A DNA stretch of 64,000 nucleotides, taken from assembly GCF_009834535.1 (NCBI RefSeq), contig NC_045696.1, positions 36,272,001 through 36,336,000 of the forward strand, in the 5' to 3' direction. This DNA is from Camelus ferus (Eukaryota). The notes under the pieces are model-generated. The model saw nothing but the letters and a program-made list of their open reading frames with translations. It was not told the DNA's origin and did not search any database. Position numbers and translations under genes: made by a program. Below are positions 1 to 64,000 of the stretch, piece by piece; the first letter of the stretch is position 1, and every line of letters begins with the position of its first letter.

Positions 1-546
1 TCTTGGATACACTGGGCTTCCCAGGGTCCTCTTCTCCTTTTACCAAGGTTTGAATATATATATTTAAGTAGAGGCTGAATGGACACACAGCTCCCTACAT
101 ATAATACATTCATTTTTTTCTATAGGAGTGTGCTTGTCACTTCTTTATTTCCAAAGAATATAAAGGAAATGTAGATATTATGTATTTCTTTTCATAAAAT
201 AAAACGTTACAAAACAGCCAATAGATCATGATCTCCATCTTGCAGAAACCAAATAGCTAGCAATCTATGTATCTAAAAATCCTGGAAAAAATATACATCA
301 AAGTGTTAACACTATCTTTGGGTGGTGAGTGTGAGATTGTATTTTCTTCAGCTTGTTCTTTTTTCAGTGTTTTTCCCATTTTCTACAATGACTATGTTAT
401 TTTTTTGGGTAATCATAACCCCTCACACAGTATCATACAATTCCATCTCACATTTTATGTAACGAACAGCAATAAACGTTATACAGATTAAAATGTCACT
501 CTCATCTGAACTATTGGATAGTTAGCAAATGAGTTTTTCCCTCCTT

Positions 547-692
547 TTTTCTGTTTGCTTTTGTTGTTGTTTTTTGGTGGGGGGAGGTAATTAGGTTTAT
601 TTATTTATTCTTAGAGGAGGTACTGGAGATTGAACTCAGGACCTCATGCATGCTAAGCACACGCTCTACCACTTGAACTATACCCTCCCTCC
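547..692 (-). mobile_element. tRNA-derived SINE (camelid vic-1-like)
   Basis: Reverse complement gives a tRNA-like head with A/B boxes (GGGTATAGTTCAAGTGGTAGAG...GAGTTCAATCTCC), then AAATAAACCTAATTACC and an A-rich tail; near-identical TSD TTTTCCCT(C/T)CTT at 535-546 and 693-704. Confidence 0.9.
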
Positions 693-845
693 TTTTCCCT
701 TCTTAATTGTTTCTGTAGTTGCGTAGCCTGAGTCGGCCGGAATCCCGTAGGATCCCCACCTTTGTTTCATAAAACAAAACAAAACACCGCAAGACCTGAG
801 ATGTCTGAATCTCAGTTGTAGTTGGAGACAGACGAGGAGCAGCGC

Positions 846-948
846 CCTTGGTTGGCAACACAGTTTGGATAGGTATACAGATAGATCTTGCCTGAGATCT
901 GTCCGAGGTCCCTCAGCTCATCTCAGGACGCTTCCGTTGCCTAGCTAC
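846..948. promoter_or_regulatory. RFX X-box-like motifs
   Basis: GTTGCCTAGCTAC at 936-948 (one mismatch from GTTGCCTAGCAAC) and a GGCAAC half-site in CCTTGGTTGGCAAC at 846-859; X-boxes are typical of ciliary gene promoters. Confidence 0.6.
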
Positions 949-1390
949 GAGAACCACCTTCCCTGCCATTGCCACCTCCTTCTAGACCACGCCCCTTTCT
1001 CCCTCCCTCCTCTCTGGCCGGGGCGGGGAGCCGGGCCACTTCAGCCACTCAGAGCCCCCCACCGCGGGTCGTCGAACGGTGATTGGAGCAGTGCATGGGC
1101 GGTGTTTGGGGCGGGCCTTCCGCGCCATGGGAGAACGTCAGTACGTCGACGCGGGGGTTTTCTCTCGCCGGCTCGACTATCCTTCTCCGGTCGGTGTAAC
1201 TGCGCTTTTGGCCCGGCTGTGCCCGGGCGAGGAGCGCGGTCGTTGTCCGCTCGCTGGCTGGCGCGGTTATTGGGCTTGTTGCTTGAACTGACCGCCCTCA
1301 CCTCCCTCCCGTCGTCTCCTCCGGCCCTACGCCTTAAGGGTGCCTCGGAGCGGTAGCTGCGGCCCCCGGGACTCGGCCTGGGACTGCTAG

Positions 1391-63163
<61,773 letters not shown>

Positions 63164-63341
63164 CCAGGTCATACGGTCGCACTCTCTTAATGTTGGCCGC
63201 CTGAACTGGAGGACCTTCTTTCCCCAAGGAGAAAAACCCTGAACATTGATGACTGGGGCAGGACACCCTTAGCAGTTTCAGTGAGCCAAAGACCTGACTG
63301 ATCTGATAATTACTTTTCCATGTTCTTCATACTTTTGTTTG

Positions 63342-63374
<33 letters not shown>

Positions 63375-64000
63375 GGGGAAGCAAAATGAGCAGCAAATGG
63401 GGCGAGCAAGAGTTGGTAATGACTCTGGTTTATACATCCCACTCATGGGCATATTCCTGAAGGGAAACCTCTTCAGAAAAAGAGCCAGTGGGCTCTATAC
63501 CCTTTCTTTACTCTTTATTTAATTGTCTTTATTTCTCCATCTTTAACATTTGTAAGACATGTACATGGAAAGGGAACTCTTGGGAATTTATAAGCTAAAT
63601 TTTTAACTTTTTATATTTTTCTAAAACTTTTAAGGATTTTAATTACTATGACATTGTGCACTTTTCTATAGATGCTATGTTTAAATTGTGTTTGGAAAAT
63701 GGAGTTGATTTACTTGACAAACACGAAACTATACAAACAGGATATATTTATATGGTTTGAGGTATGTTTTTGAAGTATACATCTTAATTTGACCTAATTT
63801 TAAAATATCTTTTAAAAATATTCTCATATTTTTATTCTATCAAATTGTTATTTGACAGCACTAATTAATTAGTTTAATTTTTGCTGTTATTTGTTTTCTT
63901 TGGTAATGCTCCCAATAAATGAAAGAGACTTGCAAAATACCTTTTGACTTAAATGCTTTTTAAGTTAATAAAAATGTTTTATGAAATATCATTAAAAGCC
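63164..64000 (+). other. ARL13B: ARL13B 3' UTR (may continue past the window) with candidate poly(A) signals
   Basis: AU-rich; (GTTTT)n at about 63333-63371; AATAAA at 63914-63919 and 63967-63972, ATTAAA at 63991-63996. Confidence 0.75.

Noticed and set aside
865..1356. ORFs in the CpG island (163, 86, 70 aa), including a strong-Kozak ATG at 1127
   Set aside because: Stop-poor GC-rich DNA; no recognisable protein. The ATG at 1127 lies upstream of the Inr-like site near 1140, so it is probably outside most transcripts

Overview
Mammalian genomic DNA, most likely a camelid (alpaca/llama/camel, inferred from seven tRNA-derived vic-1-type SINEs). The window holds the whole ARL13B gene (ciliary ARF-like GTPase, Joubert syndrome gene) on the + strand: CpG-island promoter with RFX X-box motifs, 10 coding exons (1445-63163) with GT-AG introns, a spliced CDS of 1293 nt (430 aa) and part of the 3' UTR. 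STX19 (syntaxin-19) is nested antisense in ARL13B intron 3; its single coding exon (31540-30657) is 1 nt short in an A-run, so as given it is frameshifted (true loss-of-function allele or assembly error). The rest is intron filled with L1, L2, MIR, MLT1/ERVL LTRs and MER DNA transposons; repeat family names are from recalled consensus sequences, not a RepeatMasker run. No prokaryote-type system (CRISPR, operon, etc.) is present. The most interesting unexplained items are: the STX19 frameshift; a candidate stop-containing cryptic exon in ARL13B intron 6 flanked by UG repeats and a 15-bp inverted repeat; a TSD-bounded L1/non-L1 chimeric retro-insertion; a 35-bp copy of ARL13B exon 3 inside intron 2; apparent loss of the K329 SUMO site with a new consensus site next to RVEP; an overlapping uORF at the ARL13B start; and an STX19 stop codon embedded in its own AATAAA.
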